This document shows positions 25,408 to 35,301 of a stretch of DNA of 51,623 nucleotides, piece after piece. The stretch spans positions 1-51,623 of IMG/VR virus record IMGVR_UViG_3300030107_005790, one strand, 5' to 3'. The first letter of the stretch is position 1; the number at the start of each line of letters is the position of its first letter. This stretch comes from a virus (taxonomy: Duplodnaviria > Caudoviricetes). A program made the translations under genes and the position numbers. Under the pieces are notes generated by a model. It was given only the letters and a program-made list of their open reading frames with translations, was not told the origin of the DNA and searched no databases.

Positions 25408-26187
25408 ATGCCAAACAAAAAGAAGGGGGTCCTGAAAAGGGCAATCGTAACCCCAGATAAGCATGTACCAATACATGACAAGAAAGCTTGTAATGTAGTT
25501 TTAAAAGCGATTGAAATAGTAAAGCCTGATATCTATGTAGATTTAGGCGATTTAGGTGAATGGGCTAGTGTAAGTCACTGGCAATGGAAAAGAAAGAAAA
25601 AACCACCAGTTGAATACATTATACCTAGAGTAGAAAAGGATATAGCAGATGTTAATAAATGGCTTGATATAGTGGATGAAAAACTAGACAAAGTAGGTTG
25701 TAAGAAAAGGCATATGTGTGCTGGCAACCACGAAGAATGGCTTGACAACTTTGTCAAAGAATATCCTTATCTCAAGCAATACAAAACAAAGACTGCTTTA
25801 AAATTTGATGAAAGAGGTTGGATATATCACGAACCAGGTGAGTATCTTAAAATTGGTAAATTATATTATTATCATGGGCATCATTTCGGTGGACAGTACC
25901 ATACTGCTAATCACTTAAGAAAGTTAGGATGCAATGTTATATATGGGCATCATCATTCTATGCAACAAGATAGTATCAGCCATATGGATGGACCTAAATC
26001 AGCATGGAGTTTAGGCTGTCTTAAGAGTATGTCTGATAAAAAGAATAAGTGGCTAGGTGGTAGGAAGCACAAATGGGCGCATGCTTTTGCCGTCGTGGAT
26101 TATTATGACAAAGGTCATTTTGCAGTCCACCCTATTCAAATCATCGATGGCAAAGCGTCCTTATGGGGAGAGTTAATTCGTGGATAG
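25408..26187 (+). CDS. Calcineurin-like metallophosphoesterase
   Basis: PDKH, GDLGE, GNHE, HGH and GHHH motifs. Confidence 0.9.
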   Translation: MPNKKKGVLKRAIVTPDKHVPIHDKKACNVVLKAIEIVKPDIYVDLGDLGEWASVSHWQWKRKKKPPVEYIIPRVEKDIADVNKWLDIVDEKLDKVGCKKRHMCAGNHEEWLDNFVKEYPYLKQYKTKTALKFDERGWIYHEPGEYLKIGKLYYYHGHHFGGQYHTANHLRKLGCNVIYGHHHSMQQDSISHMDGPKSAWSLGCLKSMSDKKNKWLGGRKHKWAHAFAVVDYYDKGHFAVHPIQIIDGKASLWGELIRG

Positions 26188-26551
26188 AAATGACATACTA
26201 CAGAAAGCAAAGCAAATAAAGCAAGGATTAACTCCTTCGCCTATGCATCAAAAGATTGCTAATGTTGCTTCTGATTATATGAAATCTAATATGTCTACTA
26301 AAGGTTATTTAAAAAGCGAGTTAAAGGATATGAAAAAGCAATTGGATAAGAATATTGAAAATCCAGAGCAATCTTTTAAAGGATTGCTTGGAGCTGCTTT
26401 AGGGCAAGCTATAACTCAATATAGCCCTGAAGGTGTATATTTAAATCCTACATTAAAAAGACTAGGTTATAAAACAGACAGCTCTAACATTTACTTGGAA
26501 GAGCCTAAAGAAAATGAACTATTTAGAATAGGAGGTGAAATAAATTTCTAA
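26180..26551 (+). CDS. Hypothetical protein
   Basis: 123-aa ORF with a GTG start and GGAG SD, overlapping its neighbours. Confidence 0.65.
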   Translation: MDRNDILQKAKQIKQGLTPSPMHQKIANVASDYMKSNMSTKGYLKSELKDMKKQLDKNIENPEQSFKGLLGAALGQAITQYSPEGVYLNPTLKRLGYKTDSSNIYLEEPKENELFRIGGEINF

Positions 26552-27021
26552 TGGCAAAAGGATTAATGGATTTAGTAAATAAGTATAGACAAGGTAAAGA
26601 GATAGAGAAAGCCGAGAAAACTTTTGAAGCTACAAAAGATTTAGATACAAGAATGACTCAAGCTCAATCTCTTAGAAGGTTAGAAAAGGCTGGATTAGGA
26701 AGCACTCCTGTTGGATATAGTGACCCTCATAATCAACCTTTATGGGAATTTGAAGGAGTTAAGAATCCTTTTGATATGGATAGAGATACTTATAGCAACT
26801 TTATTGAATCAGGAGAATGGAATTATCCTAATGTAAATAATATGTTGGATGAACATGAAATAAAGGCTCAAATGATGGCTGATTATGACATTATACATCA
26901 AGGCAGAGAAAGGGCATCTGACAGAATGGATGCTATTATAGATTCAACTAAAAAGGCATATGCTGCTAAACCTAAGAATATTATACAAGCATTAGCCATG
27001 AAAATGGGTCTTGGAAAGTAG
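26551..27021 (+). CDS. Hypothetical protein
   Basis: 156 aa. SD GGAGGT and TAATG coupling. Confidence 0.7.
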   Translation: MAKGLMDLVNKYRQGKEIEKAEKTFEATKDLDTRMTQAQSLRRLEKAGLGSTPVGYSDPHNQPLWEFEGVKNPFDMDRDTYSNFIESGEWNYPNVNNMLDEHEIKAQMMADYDIIHQGRERASDRMDAIIDSTKKAYAAKPKNIIQALAMKMGLGK

Positions 27022-27290
27022 TGGACCCAATTGCCTTTTTAGAGCAGTTTGGGATTCCCCTTACTGTGTCAGCTGCTTTCGGCTATTTTATATGGAAGCA
27101 GAATCAGTTCATTCAAAACGAACTAATGGAAGAATTAGATGAGAGGTTTAAAAGATTGGAAGGAATAACAATAAAACTAATAGACCAAATAAAAGCCACA
27201 CAGCTAGATTTTCAAGCACTTAAGGGTTATGTGGAAGGTATAGAGAATATATTAAAAAAGCTCTTTAGAAAGCGATATAGAGACGAATGA
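27021..27290 (+). CDS. Holin-like TM + coiled-coil protein
   Basis: EQFGIP...FGYFIWKQ N-terminal TM, then a coiled coil and a basic tail. Confidence 0.6.
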   Translation: MDPIAFLEQFGIPLTVSAAFGYFIWKQNQFIQNELMEELDERFKRLEGITIKLIDQIKATQLDFQALKGYVEGIENILKKLFRKRYRDE

Positions 27291-27430
27291 GTGCTATTGC
27301 AGTTATATTAGGAGCATTATTTATTTCGCTCTTTTTATTTACTGCTTATTTAACTTATTTGTTTTACAAAGTAACAACTAAATTTAGAGTAGACCATTTA
27401 GAAGTAGAGGAAATAAAAGATGCCAAATAA
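27287..27430 (+). CDS. Single-TM peptide (47 aa, not in ORF track)
   Basis: MSAIAVILGALFISLFLFTAYLTYLFYK..., ATGA overlap. Confidence 0.55.
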   Translation: MSAIAVILGALFISLFLFTAYLTYLFYKVTTKFRVDHLEVEEIKDAK

Positions 27431-27515
27431 AAAAGCTAAAGCAAGAAAACAAGCAAAGAAGAAGAAAACACAAGCTATTAAACAATATAAAAAGAATAAA
27501 AAAAAGAAATATTAG
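27420..27515 (+). CDS. 31-aa Lys-rich peptide (not in ORF track)
   Basis: MPNKKAKARKQAKKKKTQAIKQYKKNKKKKY. SD GAGG. Confidence 0.55.
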   Translation: MPNKKAKARKQAKKKKTQAIKQYKKNKKKKY

Positions 27516-27523
27516 GGAGATAT

Positions 27524-27796
27524 ATGGGCGCAATAGGATATGAACAAAGGAAAGCAGCAAAAAAGGCAAAAAAGCTTGCCAAGCAAAAAGCTCACCAAGC
27601 TTCTGTTCAAAAAAAAGAAAGTGATTTTAAGGAAAGGATTGCTAGAGGTACAAATATAAAAGGGCAACATAATGCTAATCTAATTCGTAATAAAAGATAT
27701 AAAAAGGCGGGAGTTGAATTTACCTCTGGGAATCAAAATAGGACGGTTGCTCCAGAACAATATGGTGGTCCGTACAAGAAAAAGAAAAAGTATTAG
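27524..27796 (+). CDS. Small basic protein
   Basis: 90 aa, Lys-rich. SD GGAG. Confidence 0.7.
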   Translation: MGAIGYEQRKAAKKAKKLAKQKAHQASVQKKESDFKERIARGTNIKGQHNANLIRNKRYKKAGVEFTSGNQNRTVAPEQYGGPYKKKKKY

Positions 27797-28335
27797 TGGA
27801 TTACCTTATAACAGGATTACCTAGAAGTAGAACTGCATGGTTAGCTAACTATTTAACAGTAGGAAGCTCATTTTGCTATCATGAAGGCCTTAAAAACTGC
27901 TTTGACATAGGAGACCTTAGAATGATGAAAAAAGCTCCTTATACGGGCAATTCTGATAGTTCAGCAGTATTCTTCGTAGATGAGATGAAAAACCTATTTC
28001 CACATATGAAGATAGTTATAATAGATAGAAACTACCAAGATGTGCTAAATAGCCTTAAAGATGAATACTCTGGCCCTTATACTAACTACTTAGTATCAGC
28101 AACAAAAACTTCAAAGAAATATGTAGAAAAGAACTATGACCATATGCTAGTAAAGTATAAAGATATAAATGATAGGTTAGATGAAATAGCAGCATACTGC
28201 ATTCCTGACCAAGAAATTACAGAGGAAAGAAAGAATATGCTACTTGATTTAAAAGTAGAAGTATCAAAGGACTCCTACGAGAACGTAGGTATGCTGGTAA
28301 GAAATAAAATAAAGGAATTATTAGCTTATGCCTAA
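27796..28335 (+). CDS. Sulfotransferase-like P-loop protein
   Basis: ITGLPRSRTAWLANYL (5'-PSB-like loop), CYHE, KIVIIDR...DVLNSL (3'-PB-like). Confidence 0.7.
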   Translation: MDYLITGLPRSRTAWLANYLTVGSSFCYHEGLKNCFDIGDLRMMKKAPYTGNSDSSAVFFVDEMKNLFPHMKIVIIDRNYQDVLNSLKDEYSGPYTNYLVSATKTSKKYVEKNYDHMLVKYKDINDRLDEIAAYCIPDQEITEERKNMLLDLKVEVSKDSYENVGMLVRNKIKELLAYA

Positions 28336-31300
28336 AGAGTTATTAGAAATAAAGAATTTTACACTTGGAATACAAACTACTCCATCAGAGGCTGATATTA
28401 ACCATGAAGCTGCATCTTACTCTTTAAATGTAGACCCTATAGCACAAGATGGTAAATTGCAAGCTATTCCTGATGATGAAACTAAAGATGTAGATTGGGC
28501 TGATGCTACTGGCAATCAAGCTGAAATGATGAGAGTAATAGAGGTAGATGGTGTTAAATCTATTATAACATATACAAGTGATGGAAAAATTAGATATTCC
28601 TACAATTTAACCACAGGGACAACAGATGGAACTGCAACTGCTTTAGCAGATGTTACAGGAACAACTAGTGCTGGAACTATTACTGCTAATTTACAAAATG
28701 GCGATAATATTGATATGGAGGTTAATAATCAAGAAGCTCATATAGGTTTTGGGACTTCTACTAATCCTTATTGGGCTGGAAAAATAGGACATGAACAATT
28801 TAGCGTAGCACACTCAGCTACAAATGGACTTTATGCTACTGAAGCTGAATTAAAGCCACCAAGTGAATTTAGAGGTTGCTATAAGTTAGTTTTTGCAAAA
28901 GTAGATACAACAGGGAATGGAACAGCTGATACAGTATATATTTATGGAATAGATTGGAAAGGAAATAGAGTTTATAAATTTAAAGAAGCAACTGCAGGCC
29001 AAAGCTATACATTTGAAGGGGCATCAACTACAAGGTTTACTTCTACTCAAGGAATATGCCAAAGATATGTAGGTGGAAGCAATGGTAGTGGCGCAAATGA
29101 AACTGCAGAATCTGCTGTATTATGGATTTACGATGCGGGTATAGGAGCGCAAGGAAGTTTAGTTGCATATGACCCTGTAGAAGATGCAATTAAAAAAACA
29201 TTCACTATTGGCAATACTAATATAGCAGATAAGACTGATAGTAGTTTTACAGATACTGTATCAGATATCTTAGAAACAGAATTTGCTAATAAGGTTAGAC
29301 ATGTTTTCTTTTCAAAAAGATACGATAATGAATATCCAGTAGCATTTAAAGATTATTATAGTGGTAATTCAGGGGATTTAGATGCTAGTTATGGCACAGA
29401 TAATGGTGTAGGAATTATATATTCTACCTCGGAAGCCTCTTTTGATGAAACAACATCAAGTGGAGATAAAACATCGACAATGGTTACCTTGACTAATAGA
29501 ACTCCTAAAATAATGGCTACAGATAAAACTAGTGCCCTTGTTCATCAAACATTAGCTCCTTATTTATCTGAATATGAATGGATGGTTCATAGCAGCTTTG
29601 GAGATAGCTCTTACACAGCAGGTAATCAATACTTAGGAGGGCTTGCTCCTTTTACGGGAACAAGAATAAAAGATAAAAGAGGAAACTCTTTTACACCTAA
29701 AAGTGTAAGTAATAACGGCTATTCAGGGGAAGGAGCTAGTTATAAAATAGCAAGTGCAACTGGAGATATTTCTAGCACAGCATATGCAAATTGCAATTTT
29801 CTTAATGCGGCTATTGGGCATATAGACTGGCTGAATGATGGTAGTCAAACAGTTCATTATAAGTATCAAAATAGCTGTAGTGTAGATGATAATAATGGGA
29901 CTAAATATTTAGCAGGCGTGCAAACTCATAATATTGCTATAGATTCTACAAATAAAGTTGTATTTGCTAGCACAAGAAGTGCTTCTCATAGAGCTGCTAA
30001 ATATAGTGCAATAATAGGATTTTTATACTCAACAACCAATTCAAAAGATTGTCCTAAAGGAACTGCGAGCGTTCCTATTACTATTGCTACGCCAGAGGTA
30101 GCCACTTTAGATTCATCATCAGGTGGTGCTAGCTATCCAGACAGTGCAAATCAATCATATGGCCCTATAGCCCTTGATACTGTTAATAAATTATTATTTA
30201 CAGGAGTTGGTAATCAAGATGACCATACAGGCAGTTCTGGAGAGTTACTATGGTCTTATTCATATACTGGAGCCCAATTAACTTCAAGGAAAGATGCATT
30301 TTTAAAAACTGAGCATTCTACTTCTGGTACATATACAGGAGAACCTCATCAATTAATAGTAGATGAAGAAAGGCAAATACTTATTTCGATTACAAACTCT
30401 AATATGGCTGCCACTGCTGGTACTCATGCGACTAAATGGGATGGTGTTTATGCTAATATTGCTTTTATTAGCTATACTAGTGCAGGTATTTTTACAAAAA
30501 TTGAAGATTGGGCTTTAACAGGAGCTTATATAGTAGCAGCAGATTACGATTCAACAACAATGGAGTTAGCATTTAATACAGTAGTAGGCTATACACATCC
30601 AAGCAATGCAGATGCAGCTGAAGGGGCTAATGTTTATGTTATGGGTATGAATTGGTCAGGAAGTATTGGTAGTTGGACTTTTGCTGAGACATGGAGCGTG
30701 AAGAATTATGCCTCGGGAAATACAGGTGACTATATTCCTATGGATATAAAAATTGATGGAACAAATGGACTTGTTCATGTTAATAGTAAGTATGCAGGCA
30801 CATCTGAATTTGATAATACCGATGGCCTTTCTAATGCAAAAGCTAATGGTGGTGCGGTTTTTGATGCAGGATATATCGGTGGAGACCACGATGAGCCTGA
30901 CCCAACCAATTCTACCACACTATCAGGATTGACTATTGCGCTTGGTAATACTTTAATCCCTAGCTCTGGTACAACTTCAATACCTACAGCTAATTTGTTA
31001 GGAAGGCCTGTAAGTGGCCTTGGAATACCTCATGGTACTTTTATAACTGAATCTGTGACAACTAGTAGCACTAATACTACTAGTTTTAGAATTAGTCAAG
31101 CACCTACTGCAAATACAGTTACAGTTACAGGGACTATATATTCAGCAATGGTTACTGGTACGGATGATAAATTTGTACGCTCTTCGGGTAGTTTTACTTC
31201 TGCAGGATTTGAAGCAGGAATGCTAATCAACGTTTCTGGGTTCACAGATGCCGCTAATAATGGCAACCATAGAATAAGTTCAGTAACATCTACTGAACTT

Positions 31301-34300
31301 TTTGTAACATCATCTGGAAGCACTTTAGTAAATGAGGCAGCTGGAGACACAGTTACAATAACTGCTGGTGAAATTAATGTTTATCCAAATGTAGGTTATG
31401 TAGCTAGTTCCGGTGTAGGCTCAAGACAGACAACTAAAGGCGGAGCATCTGTTGTTCATACTTATAAATTAGCAGATGGCCAATTAACTGAAACAGATGA
31501 TAAATATTGCTATGATGCTCAAAATTCTCCTCAAGAATGCCATGGGCAGATGACAATAACAGGTGATGGAAAATATATGTTTATGGGTGGAACTCCTGGA
31601 ACTAAATCTATTAGATTTGTTAAAAGAAATGTTACTAACAAAACTTCAGGAGAGTCTATATTTACTCATAGTATGAATTTTTTACAAAGAATTAATAGCA
31701 ATGAAGGAGCTGGTGTTCATTCTGGTATGTATATGGGGAAAGTAGTTTTAGATGAAAATTTAGGTTATTGCTTTGCCATGAATGTAGATGAAAATACTTT
31801 AGATGTATTCCAATATTTTACAGATGACGACTGCAAGATTACAACTCCATTAGCAAATTTAATAACTGTTAATGATGGTACTGCAAATAGAAGGGTAGCA
31901 TTTGCTTATAAATTCAATCATCCTTCAGGTGTTCAATTTAATGTAGACAATGCTTTAGATATGGGCAAATGGTTTCTTCATTGTGTAGATGACAATGCAG
32001 GTGGAAATGGAGTGGCTGATGAAGATGGAACTACTGCCTTTCCTTCACCATCCTCAGTTGCGGTTACAGGAACTACATATGCAGCAGTTAGCTCTAATAG
32101 AACTATCACATCAACTGCAAATAATTTTATTGCGGCAGGTTTTACGGCAGGGATGAATATTAGAGTATTAGGGTTCTCAGAAGCTGCTAATAATACTACT
32201 CATAAAATTGCATCAGTAGTTGCTGGTACGATTACATTGACAGGTGGTTCTAGTTTGACCGATGATGCTGCTGGTGATTCAGTTACAATAGAAGAATGCA
32301 GTAAAGGGCGAGTATTTAGATTTGAATATACACATAATGTTACAGATTACTTGTTTAATGCTAATATTTATGGATTATTTAATATTAGCAATAATATTGG
32401 CGATTTAATGGCTAGAGATACTTTAAAGCAATGGGGGTATACATTTGAAAAAAGTTCAACTGAAACTTATATACACGTAACAAACCATCATGATGCCATT
32501 GGATACGATATGGGGAATGATGCATATAGCGAAGGAATAACATATAATTTACTTGATTTATACAATGGTAATGTATTAAGTCGTGGAGAAGGCTCTGTTA
32601 ATATACCTAAAGCTATTTTAGCATATAGAACTGACTTGTCTGGAACAGCTGTTATGGCTGATGATACGCACTCATATTGGATGGGAATTGGAATGGATGT
32701 TCCGTTGACAGTTTCTTTTAAAAGAGTAGATAATGCCGACCACAACCCTATAGATGGAGGTAACTGGGAAGTTACTTTAGCAGAAGACGCAAATGCAATT
32801 TATCAAGGACCACAAGGAGGTTTTTATATTGATAATATAAAAGTAAAATCTTCAGGTGGAACCCTTAAGAAAGACTATAAATACTTTTATAAAGCTTCTG
32901 CTGTTTATGATGGGTATCAAGAAGGGCCTTTAGGTGACAACTTTGAGGTAATTACTACCGTAGATGAAGATTCTAATATTATCAACGAGAATACAGTTAG
33001 AATTAATTTAGATGTTAATATTGATAATCTTCCTAACTTAAATAAAAGATTATCAGGAATTAAAATATACAGAGCTGAAAATTCTGATACTTTATCAGAA
33101 ACTCCTGAAGGATTTTACAGGCTTATTAAGGAGCTTTCTTTAAAAACTAATCTTTTTGCACTTGGAACAATTTCTGGTACACTCCCATCTATGGAAAACA
33201 AAAGGTTTGCACCTCTTGAAGATACAGGGGCATCTTTTCAAAACTATGAAGCAAATACAGGTATAAATGAAGTTATTGACAGCTTTAATGTTAAGTATAA
33301 ATGCAGCACTCAACTTAATAATACTCATTTTATAGGTAATTTAGCATCGGATTTAGATAATAGTTTGTTAGGTTCTAATTATATAGCTAAATCAAAACCT
33401 TATAATTTTAATCAATATGACCTTTTACAGGATATTTTACAAGTTCCTGGGACTGTAGTGGCAATGGCATCATTTGCTGGCCGTATATTTGCTTTTTCTG
33501 AAACTAAAGTATTTAAAATAGAGCCTAATAATTTATTCATAGAGGATACATGGGAAAATATAGGGACTTTCAATCAAAAGTCAGTTCATGCGTCAGAGCT
33601 TGGAATGTGCTGGTGTGATAAAAATAATATATACCTTTGGGATGGAAGACAAGTTAGAACAATAGGTGATACTATATTAAAAGGTGATAGCACTAATTCA
33701 TGGCAAGAAGGTAGTTTAGTTTATGATGGAGCAACCGATAGTGCTGCATCCAAGGAGCCTCAAGTATTCTGGGACCCAGAAAGAAAAGCATTTTTAATTA
33801 TGTTTACTAGCGATACTGACCATAGAAAGATATGGGTTTATAGCGTTACAAAAAATAGATGGGACTTGTGGGATATGGGAGACGGAGCTCAAGTACAATC
33901 TTTTACACATGGGCCATCAGGAGAAGTATTTTATGTAAAATATGGAAGTAGGAATTTATTTTGGTTAAATGGTCATGCTACTACTAGAAAACCTCTATCT
34001 TGGCATTCTAAGAAGCTTACCATGGGAATGGATACTCAGATTAAGTTATTTAAAAAAGTAAGAATAACAGGCTTTGATGGAGTAGATGAAAATGTTCTTA
34101 ATTCAGATGTAAATGTTAGTTTTTTAACAGCAGCAGGTAATCCTGAAGATGGTGATGGATTTTCTAATGATACTACGCAGTCAGTATATACCTTATCTAC
34201 AAGTGCCGCTAAATCAGAATGGCTAAAGGTTAAAATAGATGCAGCAGAGAATGATAATCTACAAATAGATTCTATTGGAGTAATTTATAGAAGGAGACCA

Positions 34301-34309
34301 ATTAGATAA
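28328..34309 (+). CDS. Large tail protein (nozzle/stabilisation-protein-like beta-propeller termini with a very large insertion)
   Basis: 1993 aa. N-terminus IKNFTLGI...NVDP..DGKL. C-terminal propeller-like part (NIGTFNQKSV, IYLWDG, WHSKKLTMG...KLFKKVRI, IDSIGVIYRR) resembles podoviral nozzle proteins. Confidence 0.7.
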   Translation: MPKELLEIKNFTLGIQTTPSEADINHEAASYSLNVDPIAQDGKLQAIPDDETKDVDWADATGNQAEMMRVIEVDGVKSIITYTSDGKIRYSYNLTTGTTDGTATALADVTGTTSAGTITANLQNGDNIDMEVNNQEAHIGFGTSTNPYWAGKIGHEQFSVAHSATNGLYATEAELKPPSEFRGCYKLVFAKVDTTGNGTADTVYIYGIDWKGNRVYKFKEATAGQSYTFEGASTTRFTSTQGICQRYVGGSNGSGANETAESAVLWIYDAGIGAQGSLVAYDPVEDAIKKTFTIGNTNIADKTDSSFTDTVSDILETEFANKVRHVFFSKRYDNEYPVAFKDYYSGNSGDLDASYGTDNGVGIIYSTSEASFDETTSSGDKTSTMVTLTNRTPKIMATDKTSALVHQTLAPYLSEYEWMVHSSFGDSSYTAGNQYLGGLAPFTGTRIKDKRGNSFTPKSVSNNGYSGEGASYKIASATGDISSTAYANCNFLNAAIGHIDWLNDGSQTVHYKYQNSCSVDDNNGTKYLAGVQTHNIAIDSTNKVVFASTRSASHRAAKYSAIIGFLYSTTNSKDCPKGTASVPITIATPEVATLDSSSGGASYPDSANQSYGPIALDTVNKLLFTGVGNQDDHTGSSGELLWSYSYTGAQLTSRKDAFLKTEHSTSGTYTGEPHQLIVDEERQILISITNSNMAATAGTHATKWDGVYANIAFISYTSAGIFTKIEDWALTGAYIVAADYDSTTMELAFNTVVGYTHPSNADAAEGANVYVMGMNWSGSIGSWTFAETWSVKNYASGNTGDYIPMDIKIDGTNGLVHVNSKYAGTSEFDNTDGLSNAKANGGAVFDAGYIGGDHDEPDPTNSTTLSGLTIALGNTLIPSSGTTSIPTANLLGRPVSGLGIPHGTFITESVTTSSTNTTSFRISQAPTANTVTVTGTIYSAMVTGTDDKFVRSSGSFTSAGFEAGMLINVSGFTDAANNGNHRISSVTSTELFVTSSGSTLVNEAAGDTVTITAGEINVYPNVGYVASSGVGSRQTTKGGASVVHTYKLADGQLTETDDKYCYDAQNSPQECHGQMTITGDGKYMFMGGTPGTKSIRFVKRNVTNKTSGESIFTHSMNFLQRINSNEGAGVHSGMYMGKVVLDENLGYCFAMNVDENTLDVFQYFTDDDCKITTPLANLITVNDGTANRRVAFAYKFNHPSGVQFNVDNALDMGKWFLHCVDDNAGGNGVADEDGTTAFPSPSSVAVTGTTYAAVSSNRTITSTANNFIAAGFTAGMNIRVLGFSEAANNTTHKIASVVAGTITLTGGSSLTDDAAGDSVTIEECSKGRVFRFEYTHNVTDYLFNANIYGLFNISNNIGDLMARDTLKQWGYTFEKSSTETYIHVTNHHDAIGYDMGNDAYSEGITYNLLDLYNGNVLSRGEGSVNIPKAILAYRTDLSGTAVMADDTHSYWMGIGMDVPLTVSFKRVDNADHNPIDGGNWEVTLAEDANAIYQGPQGGFYIDNIKVKSSGGTLKKDYKYFYKASAVYDGYQEGPLGDNFEVITTVDEDSNIINENTVRINLDVNIDNLPNLNKRLSGIKIYRAENSDTLSETPEGFYRLIKELSLKTNLFALGTISGTLPSMENKRFAPLEDTGASFQNYEANTGINEVIDSFNVKYKCSTQLNNTHFIGNLASDLDNSLLGSNYIAKSKPYNFNQYDLLQDILQVPGTVVAMASFAGRIFAFSETKVFKIEPNNLFIEDTWENIGTFNQKSVHASELGMCWCDKNNIYLWDGRQVRTIGDTILKGDSTNSWQEGSLVYDGATDSAASKEPQVFWDPERKAFLIMFTSDTDHRKIWVYSVTKNRWDLWDMGDGAQVQSFTHGPSGEVFYVKYGSRNLFWLNGHATTRKPLSWHSKKLTMGMDTQIKLFKKVRITGFDGVDENVLNSDVNVSFLTAAGNPEDGDGFSNDTTQSVYTLSTSAAKSEWLKVKIDAAENDNLQIDSIGVIYRRRPIR

Positions 34310-34566
34310 TGCCTGTATCAAAGAAAAAGCCACCAGCAGGTGCAGTTGAGGGTATGGATAGAATTATACAGCAGATTTACGATGATATTAATGATGTTAT
34401 TAACTCTGTAAATCAATCTGAAAATGCTATGAGGAATCTAGGAAAAGGTAAGGTTGGTGATATAAAAGTAGTACAAACAAGTGGTGGTACAGATAGAATT
34501 GAAGTAAGAACTAAAAGTGGCTGGTCTAAAGTTAATTTAACTCGAATAGAAAAACAAGTTGACTAG
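34309..34566 (+). CDS. Small virion/tail-associated protein
   Basis: TAATG coupling. Short coiled coil followed by a beta hairpin. Confidence 0.65.
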   Translation: MPVSKKKPPAGAVEGMDRIIQQIYDDINDVINSVNQSENAMRNLGKGKVGDIKVVQTSGGTDRIEVRTKSGWSKVNLTRIEKQVD

Positions 34567-34588
34567 TGAACACATTTAATATTATATT
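34559..34588 (+). promoter_or_regulatory. Possible sigma70-type promoter for the ejection-protein/RNAP operon
   Basis: TTGACT-N18-TATATT ahead of SD AAGGAG and ATG 34622. Confidence 0.4.
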
Positions 34589-34621
34589 TAAACGCTGGAT
34601 TACAAGTAAAAAGGAGATATT

Positions 34622-35287
34622 ATGCCATTATTAATAGCGGCAGGCGTTACAGCAGTAGCAGGTTTAGGAGCAACGGCTTATGGTGCTAGCCAAGCTGGCA
34701 AAGTAACTAAATACGACCAAAATAAAATTAGACAAGATTTAGCACCTTGGCAGCAAAGTGTTGATAAAATGCAAGACATGTCTACATCTTTATCTCAAAG
34801 GTCAGATAGAATGTATGGGCAAGCTGACCAATTTTTTGACCCTCGTAGTAATTATTATAATCAGCAAAGGCAACAAATGAGAGAGCAGATTGCTGGTCAA
34901 ACTGCTAATGTAGCCCAACAACAAAATCAATTAATGGCACAGAGAGGGATGGGAGGAGGCGGTATAAAAGGCCTTCTTGGAGCCGTTAGTGCCAATCAAG
35001 CAGGAGAGCAAACCAGACAAGGTATGCTTACAATGCAACAACAAGGCATTGGATTAGGTCAAAGACAACAGCAATTAGCAGGGACTATATCAGGTCAAGC
35101 TGGGCAAATGTTAAGTTCAGCTACAACTCAACAAGGTAGTATATCTGAAAATATAGCACAAGCTTACCTTGCTAATGTAGACGCTCAAAATGCTGCACAA
35201 CAAGCTAAAGCAGCTGGCTGGATGGGTGCAGGAAGTGGATTGTTAGGTGCAGCTGGTACAATGGCTGGTGGATATGAGGCAGGATAA
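34622..35287 (+). CDS. DNA ejection (internal virion) protein
   Basis: Gly/Ala hydrophobic termini with a Q-rich helical core, typical of podoviral pilot/ejection proteins. Confidence 0.7.
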   Translation: MPLLIAAGVTAVAGLGATAYGASQAGKVTKYDQNKIRQDLAPWQQSVDKMQDMSTSLSQRSDRMYGQADQFFDPRSNYYNQQRQQMREQIAGQTANVAQQQNQLMAQRGMGGGGIKGLLGAVSANQAGEQTRQGMLTMQQQGIGLGQRQQQLAGTISGQAGQMLSSATTQQGSISENIAQAYLANVDAQNAAQQAKAAGWMGAGSGLLGAAGTMAGGYEAG

Positions 35288-35301
35288 TAAGGAGATAGCT
35301 A

